Origin: Macrostomum lignano
Taxonomy: Eukaryota
Length of the DNA stretch: 64,000 nt
Direction: 5' to 3'
Assembly (NCBI GenBank): GCA_002269645.1
Contig: NIVC01001291.1
Location: 186,001-250,000, forward strand
This document shows, piece by piece, positions 51,532 to 61,679 of this stretch. The translations under genes were made by a program, and so were the position numbers. The notes below the pieces were generated by a model. The model made no database searches. It had not been told where the DNA came from and was given only the letters and a program-made list of their open reading frames with translations. How positions within the stretch are numbered: position 1 is the stretch's first letter; each line of letters begins with the position of its first letter.

Positions 51532-53549
51532 ATGGGCGAAGGGATCCCGGCTACTAACGACTTTATCAGAGTTCGCTCCAGCAACAGAATTTCACTTCTT
51601 GCAGGTAATCGGGTGCTGCCGAGTCAGAACGATACAAACTTGAAAGAGTTGTTCAACATGGAATCAGCAGAGGCGGCGCTGGCTGCTCTGGTCGATGACG
51701 ACCCTGACGCCTTCATGCGAGCTTTGAAGCCGGACCTGTCGGGAAGGCTCGCCCAGCCTCTGGTCGACGTGACCGAAAGCCACGAGATCCGGTGTCGCTT
51801 GCCGAGAAGTCGCCGAAAGTGGGGCTTCGTCAGTCTGCAGTTCGGATACGCGATCCACCTGGCGATTCTGCTGCAGTCTGTGCGAGTGTTCGAGGCTCTG
51901 TTGGAAGACAGCTCCGAGCACGCGGCTCAGCTCGAGCTCGACGGCAGCACCGTTGTACACAGTCTGGCTCGCTGCCAGATGTACGCGCCGAGGTTCAAGC
52001 GAGCCAAGCGTCTGGAGACGGCGCTCCTCTCGACGCTGAGTAGAGAGCCTCGTCTGCTAGACAGGCTGGTCACTCAGGAGGACTCGAGCGGTCTCCGACC
52101 TCTGGAGGCGTGCGTGAAGTTCGCTGCATTCCGACTGGCCCGCAAGATGTTGCACCTGCCGAACTACCTGTTGAAATCGGAGACTCGATCCGGCGGCTGG
52201 GCCGTCTGTCTCTACGACCTCACCGACTACGACCTGTGTCACGGGAGCCGGTGCAACTCGAGTCCTCTGCACCTGCTCACCTATGTAGCGTCGAGTCAGG
52301 TCGAGTCGCTCAAGAAGTCCAAGCTGATGGAGGACCCTCTCATCCGACAGTGGCTTCGGTTGACGTACCGTCAGACTCGAGCGATCACATTTCTGAGGCT
52401 GTTGGTAATGAGCGTTCCAACATCGGTATTTCTTCTCACAGCCGTGAACGAATCAATCATGCTGACGGTGGCCTGTTTTGGCAACCTCATTCACTGCAAC
52501 CGAGCAACATTTTCTGCTGCAAAATCATTAGGATTCAATGCCAGCGTTTTGAGCAATTTAACCATTTATTTTAAGTTTTTTTATCAGCAAAAAATAAAGT
52601 CAAAAAGCTGTGCAGAATTTCTTGAATCCGTCGACATAAACTTTCTGGTGATTAGTCTCGTGACTGCCTTCATGTGCGTCACTGCGGCTCTGAAGACTGG
52701 ATTCTCTGCGCTTGAACACAAAAATAAGAAAAAATATTGACTGCGGACAACTGGTCGCTGCTTGACAGATTTGTTCGACGGGCCATCTTTGATTTTTATC
52801 ACTTTGTTGCAATCGCGAGTGGCATCTGCTTTCTAGTTGTCGCGACGTTCCTGAGGTCCGATAATTTCTATGAAAATTTGTATCCAAGCGACCAAAGCAA
52901 CGGTAGAGCTGTGGAGCAACTGTTCATTGGGTCCAACACTCTCTTCATCGCGTTCACACTGCTGCACTTTGCGCAGTACATGGAGATCGTGACGAAGTCG
53001 GTCGGGAAGCTCTTCTTCACCTTCCACTGCATGCTGTCCAGCTTCCTGGCCGCGCTGCCGCTGCTGTTCTACTGGATCATTCTCTTCAGCCTGGACTTCT
53101 TCATCTTGGTCGACTCGCCCGACTTCGAGACCGGCCTGTTGTCGCTCTACTCGTCGGTCAAGGTCATCCTCAACATGATCACCTTCAGCTTGGACAGCGT
53201 AATGGTTCTCATCATCCACGTGCTGTTCTTCGTGTTTGTGGGCCTCAACCTGCTGAACTTTCTCATCGCGTTCGTCACGGAGACGTTCCAGCGGTGCATC
53301 AGCGACTTCGATGTGGCCTTCGACCTGCTGCGACTTCTGACAGCGTTGAAGACGTTTCGGTACTTCGGGTTCGTGTTTCGGTGCAAGCACTGGCTCGAGG
53401 TGAGGTCTCACGGCAGCTGTAGACGTCGGGTTATCGTTGATGTTGTTCAACCGGTGTTCAAGAGGCTGTACTCGAAAAGTGAATTCAGGCGGAAGCAGCG
53501 AAATTTTAGATCCTGTAGTCGAGAGATGGAATCTTTGCCGGATATTTAA
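51532..53549 (+). pseudogene. TRPV5/6-like channel, copy 5 (type A), same A6 frameshift as copy 3 (near 52730)
   Basis: ORFs 51532-52740 and 52737-53549. Probable start ATG 51658. Confidence 0.8.
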
Positions 53550-53641
53550 TGCATTCTTTTAGAGATTTTCGACGACTTTCTAAATTTTGTGCCCGTGCGC
53601 TTGCCCTGCCAAAGTGCACTCTGCTCCGTATTTGTTTTTGA

Positions 53642-54383
53642 TGTGATAGGCTCAGCGGTGTAAGCCGCTTAGCCCTTGGGTTGTCTGCGCGCTGGTTGGC
53701 TGGGCCGCCCTGTTTGGCCCTCCTCCCGGGCTGCCCTCCCCAGCTGCGCCGTGATTGGCCGGTGGGTGGCTGGGCCGGGGGTGGGGCGGGGGTTGGGGCG
53801 GGGGGGAGCCCCCGGCCCCGGGGGGGTCGTGGCCTTTTAAGGCGCGGCCGGGGCGGGTGGCTGTCGGCCCGTGGTTGTGTTGGTTTGCCGCACTCTACAA
53901 CGCAGGCCCAGAGCGCCGATTACAGCGTCTTTAGACCGTCCTTCCCCTAACACATACGCAATAAACGTTGACCATCGGGTCCGCCAGCCGCGAGCAGACC
54001 TCAGCTACGATTTATTGACCGCACGCGCAAGGGCGAGCTATCCGCGAAGTAAGTCACTGCCTTGTCTCTTCATTTCGGGAGCTGTAGCAGGGACATTCCG
54101 TGTGTCCTGACGCCGACTCAGGGTGGACTAGGTCAGGTAGTCAGCTAGGGGCCACCCTGTACTGTAAGCCCGCTGTACATAGACGCCAGCTTGTGTGCCC
54201 TGACGCCCTGCTAAAGGTGATCGACATCACAGCGTCCCTAAGCGTGTGCCGGCCACTTGGGTGCGCCCTGACGCCCCAGACCTAGGGTCCCGTGCGGACA
54301 CTCGCGCCCCGACGCAGGCCAGCACGGGCCCGCGTACTCTGACCCTCGTAGGTGCACCCTTCCTGAGAGTCGCGAGTACAACA
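53642..54383 (+). mobile_element. solo-LTR-like GC-rich element, copy 3
   Basis: Homologue of 46277-47018, offset by 7365 bp. Confidence 0.35.
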
Positions 54384-55184
54384 TGAACCTTAGAGCGCAA
54401 AACAACATTGCAGTTTCATATTTATGCGTCATTCGTTTTACACTATTTTCCTTTGCAAAAGTCCCATCCCATATCTCTTTCAAATGTGCTTTCTTAAAGT
54501 TTTTCTGGAAACCTTTTAAATCTTGGATTAACTTCTCTGCTGCTTTGAAGTGGCCCTTATTGTACTACGTGTAATTCCTTTACAATCGGTAAATTATTGT
54601 ACAAGCGTCGTAATCTACTATAAAAATTCTAAGCGCGATTCTGTGATAAGCATCCAAGAGTCGCTAGGAGCAAGTGCTAATTTCATCATTTAGTATTTCG
54701 GTACAACCTTTAATTGATTGCTATAAACTGCCAATAAATATTGAACGTCTCAGCCTTTTATCTAACCTTCATTTGTAACCTTCCAAATTGGTCGGTACGT
54801 ACGCTCGTAGCAATAGCTGCTGAACACTCGCCTTCCAGGGTTTATAATGAAGCTGATTTCACTCGCGGGTGAAAACTACTCGTAGTACTCAACAGAAACT
54901 TACGATTAAATAGTTGAATATACGAGCGTATGTTGGCTCAAAGTACGTTTTATTCGTGAATGCAAAATATTCAAGCAGTGTACTCGTAGATGTACGGACT
55001 GAGACGGGAGAAAACCGAGGTAAACGACACAACATTCTGCGCAATGACTAAGCAGTATGGAGAAATATTAGGAAAGCTGAATCGCCTGCCTCTAATCAAG
55101 TTAATTCAGCTAAACATCGCGAATCAAGCTTCTAAACAAAGGATTTTGCCATGAAGGTGTTCGCTGGTTTAGACGATTAGGACA

Positions 55185-57227
55185 TTATTGCCTTTTAAAA
55201 GCCGGTTGAACAACTTCAACGACCACCCGACGTCTGCAGATGCCATGAGATCTCACTTCTAGCCAGTGATTGCACCGGGGTACAAACTTAAAGTACCGAA
55301 ACGTCTTCAGCGCTGCCAGAAGCCGCAGCAGGTCGAACGCCACGTCGAAATCGCTGATGCACCGCTGGAACGTCTCCGTGACAGACGCTATGAGAAAGTT
55401 CAACAGGTTGATGCTGACAAACATAAAGAATGCGAAATGAATAATGAGAACGATGGAACTGTCTAGGTTGAAGTTGATCATGTTCAGTATGACTCTCACG
55501 GATGAATACAAAGATAGAGAACCAGTGCTAAAGTCTTGCGTGTCAACCAGGATGAAGAAAATCAAGCTAAACAAAATTATCCAAAAGTAAAGCAGAGGCA
55601 TGGAAGCCAGGAAACTTGTCATCATGCTGTGAAATATGAAAAACAGTTTCCCAATGCCTCTTGATACAATCTCCAAATACTGGGAATACTGCAAGAGAAC
55701 GGATGCGATAAATAAAGCATTCGAGCCGAGAAACAGCTGCTCGGTGACCCAGCCAGACCGCTGGTTGATGGGGAGCAGTGTCCGGTACCACCCTGAGTAG
55801 TTCGCCCAAAAGTTGGTGAACAGAACAACTAGGAAGCAGGAGCTGCTGCCAATAGTTACTGCCAGGTAAACGTCGAACATTGTTATACGGACGAATCGGT
55901 GCGTGGGTCGCCAGTTGTCGGCTGTGAGAAGCTTCATCCGCTGACTCCGCTCCAGGAGCCACAGAACAATCTTCACGCAGGCTACGATGACTTTGAAGAC
56001 CAGAACCGCAAAAATCACACAAGTGTTTACAAATATTGCCTCGCCGATTCTTGAGCACTTAGTCTGCTTAACTGTCTGATCATTAAACACTTTCCAAAAG
56101 AGGGTTGAGTTCAACAACACGGTCTCATTGAAGCCTAGCTTCTCTGCGGCTGTGAAGGTGGCTTGATTACAGTGAATCAGCAAACCAAAACTTGATACAA
56201 GTAGCATTACATATTGGCTAAACACCGTCAACAAAAATGCTGCTGGTGGTATGCCCATCACCAACAGCCTTAGAAATGTGATCGCTCGAGTCTGACGGTA
56301 CGTCAACCGAAGCCACTGTCGGATGAGAGGGTCCTCCATCAGCTTAGACTTCTTGAGCAACTCGACCTGACTCGACGCTACATAGGTGAGCAGGTGCAGA
56401 GGACTCGAGTTGCACCGGCTCCCGTGACACAGGTCGTAGTCGGTGAGGTCGTAGAGACGGACGGCCCAGCCGCCGGATCGAGTCTCCGATTTCAACAGAT
56501 AGTTCGGCAGGTGCAACATCTTGCGGGCCAGTCGGAATGCAGCGAACTTCACGCACGCCTCCAGAGGTCGGAGACCGCTCGAGTCCTCCTGAGTGACCAG
56601 CCTGTCTAGCAGACGAGGCTCTCTACTCAGCGTCGAGAGGAGCGCCGTCTCCAGACGCTTGGCTCGCTTGAACCTCGGCGCGTACATCTGACAGCGAGCC
56701 AGACTGTGTACAACGGTGCTGCCGTCGAGCTCGAGCTGAGCCGCGTGCTCGGAGCTGTCTTCCAACAGAGCCTCGAACACTCGCACGGACTGCAGCAGAA
56801 TCGCCAGGTGGATCGCGTATCCGAACTGCAGACTGACGAAGCCCCACTTTCGGCGACTTCTCGGCAAGCGACACCGGATCTCGTGGCTTTCGGTCACGTC
56901 GACCAGAGGCTGGGCGAGCCTTCCCGACAGGTCCGGCTTCAAAGCTCGCATGAAGGCGTCAGGGTCGTCATCGACCAGAGCAGCCAGCGCCGCTTCTGCC
57001 GATTCCATGCTTTGCTTCCTTTCCCGAATCATGTTTGCACTTTTTGGCTCTTTCTGCTGCGTTTCGATTTGCTTTAAAATTTCTCGCATACCGAAGTCAG
57101 CCAGAAGTGTTTTATCTGCGTCCACTATATTTGCCTTTCCACTTTGAAACAGTGTAAGAGAATAAGAGTCATGGTCTATGAGAACCGCTCCCTGGCAGAC
57201 AGACAGAAATACAATATGCTTTATCAC
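55185..57227 (-). CDS. TRPV5/6-like channel, copy 6 (type B), intact
   Basis: Uninterrupted frame. Probable start ATG 57089. The upstream MIKHIV extension arises from a 263-bp spacer deletion and lies 5' of the putative acceptor. Confidence 0.85.
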   Translation of the reverse strand: MIKHIVFLSVCQGAVLIDHDSYSLTLFQSGKANIVDADKTLLADFGMREILKQIETQQKEPKSANMIRERKQSMESAEAALAALVDDDPDAFMRALKPDLSGRLAQPLVDVTESHEIRCRLPRSRRKWGFVSLQFGYAIHLAILLQSVRVFEALLEDSSEHAAQLELDGSTVVHSLARCQMYAPRFKRAKRLETALLSTLSREPRLLDRLVTQEDSSGLRPLEACVKFAAFRLARKMLHLPNYLLKSETRSGGWAVRLYDLTDYDLCHGSRCNSSPLHLLTYVASSQVELLKKSKLMEDPLIRQWLRLTYRQTRAITFLRLLVMGIPPAAFLLTVFSQYVMLLVSSFGLLIHCNQATFTAAEKLGFNETVLLNSTLFWKVFNDQTVKQTKCSRIGEAIFVNTCVIFAVLVFKVIVACVKIVLWLLERSQRMKLLTADNWRPTHRFVRITMFDVYLAVTIGSSSCFLVVLFTNFWANYSGWYRTLLPINQRSGWVTEQLFLGSNALFIASVLLQYSQYLEIVSRGIGKLFFIFHSMMTSFLASMPLLYFWIILFSLIFFILVDTQDFSTGSLSLYSSVRVILNMINFNLDSSIVLIIHFAFFMFVSINLLNFLIASVTETFQRCISDFDVAFDLLRLLAALKTFRYFKFVPRCNHWLEVRSHGICRRRVVVEVVQPAFKRQ

Positions 57228-58609
57228 TCAATCGAAAGTGTTGTATTGATGGTTGTCTCGGGGTGGTTTGGTAGGTCTTCAGAATCCCATCGCTGCCACC
57301 AATGTTGTACCTGTGCTACCTACTCGGACAGCGCCAGCACAGTTAAATTGACTTTTCGTCCTTTTGATCGGGAGTCTTCAATCGTAGCGTAGCTAGTGCT
57401 GCCACCAGTTCCTTCAGGTCTCGGCTTTCGATGAGGTGGGCTTCCCGTCGGAACAAAATAAACAAGTAAACGAACTCAGCACCGCGTGCAGATTTGAAGA
57501 TTAACGAACAAGGCGTCTGGTCAGCAGATCCAGCTGGGCCCAGTGGGTGGTTGGGAAGGCGATGTAGGCCTCCTTTAGACTTGGGCGTCTATGTTTAGTC
57601 AGGCGTATTACAGACGGAAACATGGTAGCAGAAGAACTGAAACTGAAAGTGAAATCCTTGACGGAAACAAGGGTGAGGGGGGCCCGTACATATATGCTGG
57701 GAATCCCCATTGCACCATTGTGCGCCAGATAGCGTGACTCAGTATCTATTTTTAGAACTGACGTCACCTCCCGCCTTTGAGAAGGCCGGGGTCGTGGTCC
57801 CCGTAAACACAGGCCAGCGAGTGTAGTAAACATGTTTACTCCAGGACTCCAGGACTTTTGGACTCCAGGAAAACACGGCTTTTCATGTGACTTGCTCAAA
57901 TGACAGAGGAAAACAGGACCACCAATAGTGACCTCAAGACTGGAGTAAAAGGAAGAGCAGACCACAGCACAGATGTCCATGGCTGCAAACACGGCTTGGA
58001 GATTGGAGCTCGTAGACAAGTTTTCGTCGGTTTTTAAAACAGTCAAGAAATTTGTTGCTAGACTTGAGCTATTGCCAGTTCCCTTGATTGAATCTTGATT
58101 ATCGAGATTTAAACTTAAATTTGCATGCTAAAAAGCTCAAATACGGAGATGCCTTTCTGGAACCGGATCGTTACTCAATTCAACGGCTAAAAAATTCAAC
58201 CATAGTTTTTAATATCAATATATGAGCACCTTTTTGCTGGAGAGCCGTTGCTCTTCAGAGTGGCTCCCAAAAAGTTTCGCTGCAATAAACTCAGGCTATG
58301 CAGAAATAAGTTACATAGCATTATTAGGCTACTTTCTTCGCCAAATCAATTCATTTGATAATGTTGTTTGCTCTGCGCCATCGAGACCATACCTGCCTGA
58401 CTTTATCGCTAGAACTGACTCTAGTTCAGTGGCCTTTGTTTGTTCAGGCTGGTCAAATGTTTTGGAGAAAAATGTACACTTGTGACCAGCGATTCCCTGT
58501 ATATTGATTTGCTGGCAGCTATACTTTGCAAAGCTCATAAAAGCAGCGCACCAGAAAACTAACAGAGATCGGACTGATTCTGCGGCAAACTGTTCAGCTG
58601 CACAAAGTA

Positions 58610-60532
58610 ATGGGCGAAGGGATCCCGGCTACTAACGACTTTATCAGAGTTCGCTCCAGCAACAGAATTTCACTTCTTGCAGGTAATCGGGTGCTGCCGA
58701 GTCAGAACGATACAAACTTGAAAGAGTTGTTCAACATGGAATCAGCAGAGGCGGCGCTGGCTGCTCTGGTCGATGACGACCCTGACGCCTTCATGCGAGC
58801 TTTGAAGCCGGACCTGTCGGGAAGGCTCGCCCAGCCTCTGGTCGACGTGACCGAAAGCCACGAGATCCGGTGTCGCTTGCCGAGAAGTCGCCGAAAGTGG
58901 GGCTTCGTCAGTCTGCAGTTCGGATACGCGATCCACCTGGCGATTCTGCTGCAGTCCGTGCGAGTGTTCGAGGCTCTGTTGGAAGACAGCTCCGAGCACG
59001 CGGCTCAGCTCGAGCTCGACGGCAGCACCGTTGTACACAGTCTGGCTCGCTGCCAGATGTACGCGCCGAGGTTCAAGCGAGCCAAGCGTCTGGAGACGGC
59101 GCTCCTCTCGACGCTGAGTAGAGAGCCTCGTCTGCTAGACAGGCTGGTCACTCAGGAGGACTCGAGCGGTCTCCGACCTCTGGAGGCGTGCGTGAAGTTC
59201 GCTGCATTCCGACTGGCCCGCAAGATGTTGCACCTGCCGAACTATCTGTTGAAATCGGAGACTCGATCCGGCGGCTGGGCCGTCTGTCTCTACGACCTCA
59301 CCGACTACGACCTGTGTCACGGGAGCCGGTGCAACTCGAGTCCTCTGCACCTGCTCACCTATGTAGCGTCGAGTCAGGTCGAGTCACTCAAGAAGTCCAA
59401 GCTGATGGAGGACCCTCTCATCCGACAGTGGCTTCGGTTGACGTACCGTCAGACTCGAGCGATCACATTTCTGAGGCTGCTGGTGATGAGCGTTCCAACA
59501 TCGGTATTTCTTCTCACAGCTGTGAACGAATCAATCATGCTGACGGTGGCCTGTTTTGGCAACCTCATTCACTGCAACCGAGCAACCTTTGCCGCCGCTT
59601 TTCGGGCAGGCTACAACACATCGTCTCTTTCCAACACGACGCTGTACCATGAGATTTTTAACAGCCAGTCGGTAAAGAATTATAGTTGCGGTGAATTATT
59701 TGACTCGATGCTTTTGAGCTATTTAATGATAACATTTGTCTCCGTGTTTCATATGGTCATTATGCTCATCAAGTTGGTGCTCTATTTTGTTGAGTGCCAG
59801 CGAAAGATAAGGACTGTGGCGCCCATCGACAGCTCAACTGGGCGCTTTGTGCGCCGCTCGACTTTTGATTTCTATCAGGCGGTGGCTTTCGTAAGCGGCA
59901 TCAGCTTTTTTATATTCGCTTCAGCACTGCAACTAAAAAATTTTTATGAATACTTTGAGCCAAGAGGTGTAATGGAACAGCTTTTAATTGGGTCCAACAC
60001 TCTCTTCATCGCGTTCACGCTGCTGCACTTTGCGCAGTACATGGAGATCGTGACGAAGTCGGTCGGGAAGCTCTTCTTCACCTTCCACTGCATGCTGTCC
60101 AGCTTCCTGGCCGCGCTGCCGCTGCTGTTCTACTGGATCATTCTCTTCAGCCTGGACTTCTTCATCTTGGTCGACTCGCCCGACTTCGAGACCGGCCTGT
60201 TGTCGCTCTACTCGTCGGTCAAGGTCATCCTCAACATGATCACCTTCAGCTTGGACAGCGTGATGGTTCTCATCATCCACGTGCTGTTCTTCGTGTTTGT
60301 GGGCCTCAACCTGCTGAACTATCTCATCGCGTTCGTCACAGAGACGTTCCAGCGGTGCATCAGCGACTTCGATGTGGCCTTCGACCTGCTGCGACTTCTG
60401 ACAGCATTGAAGACGTTTCGGTACTTCGGGTTCGTGTTTCGGTGCAAGCACTGGCTCGAGGTGAGGTCTCACGGCAGCTGTAGACGTCGAGTGGTCGTCG
60501 AGGTTACTCATCCGGTTTTCAAGAAGTTTTAA
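58610..60532 (+). CDS. TRPV5/6-like channel, copy 7 (type C, chimeric), intact
   Basis: Type-A N-terminus and pore region with a distinct central segment (~59591-59986) and a short tail (VFKKF-stop). AATAAA at 60591. Probable start ATG 58736. Confidence 0.85.
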   Translation: MGEGIPATNDFIRVRSSNRISLLAGNRVLPSQNDTNLKELFNMESAEAALAALVDDDPDAFMRALKPDLSGRLAQPLVDVTESHEIRCRLPRSRRKWGFVSLQFGYAIHLAILLQSVRVFEALLEDSSEHAAQLELDGSTVVHSLARCQMYAPRFKRAKRLETALLSTLSREPRLLDRLVTQEDSSGLRPLEACVKFAAFRLARKMLHLPNYLLKSETRSGGWAVCLYDLTDYDLCHGSRCNSSPLHLLTYVASSQVESLKKSKLMEDPLIRQWLRLTYRQTRAITFLRLLVMSVPTSVFLLTAVNESIMLTVACFGNLIHCNRATFAAAFRAGYNTSSLSNTTLYHEIFNSQSVKNYSCGELFDSMLLSYLMITFVSVFHMVIMLIKLVLYFVECQRKIRTVAPIDSSTGRFVRRSTFDFYQAVAFVSGISFFIFASALQLKNFYEYFEPRGVMEQLLIGSNTLFIAFTLLHFAQYMEIVTKSVGKLFFTFHCMLSSFLAALPLLFYWIILFSLDFFILVDSPDFETGLLSLYSSVKVILNMITFSLDSVMVLIIHVLFFVFVGLNLLNYLIAFVTETFQRCISDFDVAFDLLRLLTALKTFRYFGFVFRCKHWLEVRSHGSCRRRVVVEVTHPVFKKF

Positions 60533-61679
60533 ATGGTTAAAAGCATGCGGATAGATCTGCCGTAAAAATATTTGACAGGTTTTTTTTGCAAATAAAAGGT
60601 TTATGTATCGATTTAAAGGTCCCCTTGAAATTCTATACCGTTATGTGCATCTAAAAAACGTTGTGATACTTTGTGAACCTCGTCACACCTCAATCAAAGA
60701 AGTCCAAATTCCGTGTCATAATGCAGCTTATATTTCGTCGTTAATTACATATCAGTCGTGTAATTTGATGGCTGATGGCTTAAAAATAATTGGATGCTGT
60801 GTGAACGAGTATTTACAATCAATGGACTTTTTTTTCTTTTACTACTCGACAAAGGATTAAAAGATGTTTATTAACTAATTTGAAGAGACTAATAAGTCTC
60901 GGAACGTTCTTCAATGTCATGTCAAAAAATCCATGTGAAAATGGACGTGTACGCAATTGCGCAATGCACGACCACCATGACTTGTTTTCCTAAGTAAAAA
61001 GTCAATTAGCTCGTCGCTGATGTCACACAAAGTGTGTACATTTCCTATTCTGATTTGTAGGACTGTCAGACTTATTGTATTTGAAGAGCCTGCCATGGAG
61101 CTGCATCACTAGTACAAGGACAACTGAAGTTACGTTATATATAGGACGCGACACTCAGCTTTCGTGGAAATTTTTTTGGAGGCCCGTAAGCCGTATAAAG
61201 TTCTACGTACATAAGCCTAGGATTCGACCGCTACAAATAGAGCACAGGACTGTGTGTGTTGTTATAAACCATTCAGGTTTTCATTTCTTACTAAACTTGA
61301 TAAGCTGACTTCACCTACTAATTAAAATAATTATATCACGTTCCTTTAATGGCCAATGACATTATGCATTTTTTTGTTTGGATTTGTGAAATACTGGTTT
61401 TCTTGTTTTCTTTTTTGCTGACAAACATGGTTTCTTTATATTACAATTGTCAACAAGAGACCAAGAGACCAAGACAACAAAGCAAAAATTTTATACTTAT
61501 TATAGCTGTAGGTTGCTTACTTACATTTTAACGAAGAACAAAATTCTGGACCTAACACCGAAAGAATTAGCTTTCTACGTGCAACTAGTCGCGAATTACA
61601 TATTTGTGAAGACCATGCCTCCAATAAAAATTACACGATACGCGAGTGTTGCGTCCTACTACTTAAGTTGTCCTTGCAC

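Larger units (their letters stand above)
36923..60532. repeat. tandem segmental array of ~7.37-kb units, each containing an inverted TRPV gene pair
   Basis: Homologous offsets: 38815>46184>53549 (7369, 7365), 40457>47820>55185 (7363, 7365), 43034>50399>57501 (7365, 7102), 44167>51532>58610 (7365, 7078). Confidence 0.92.
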
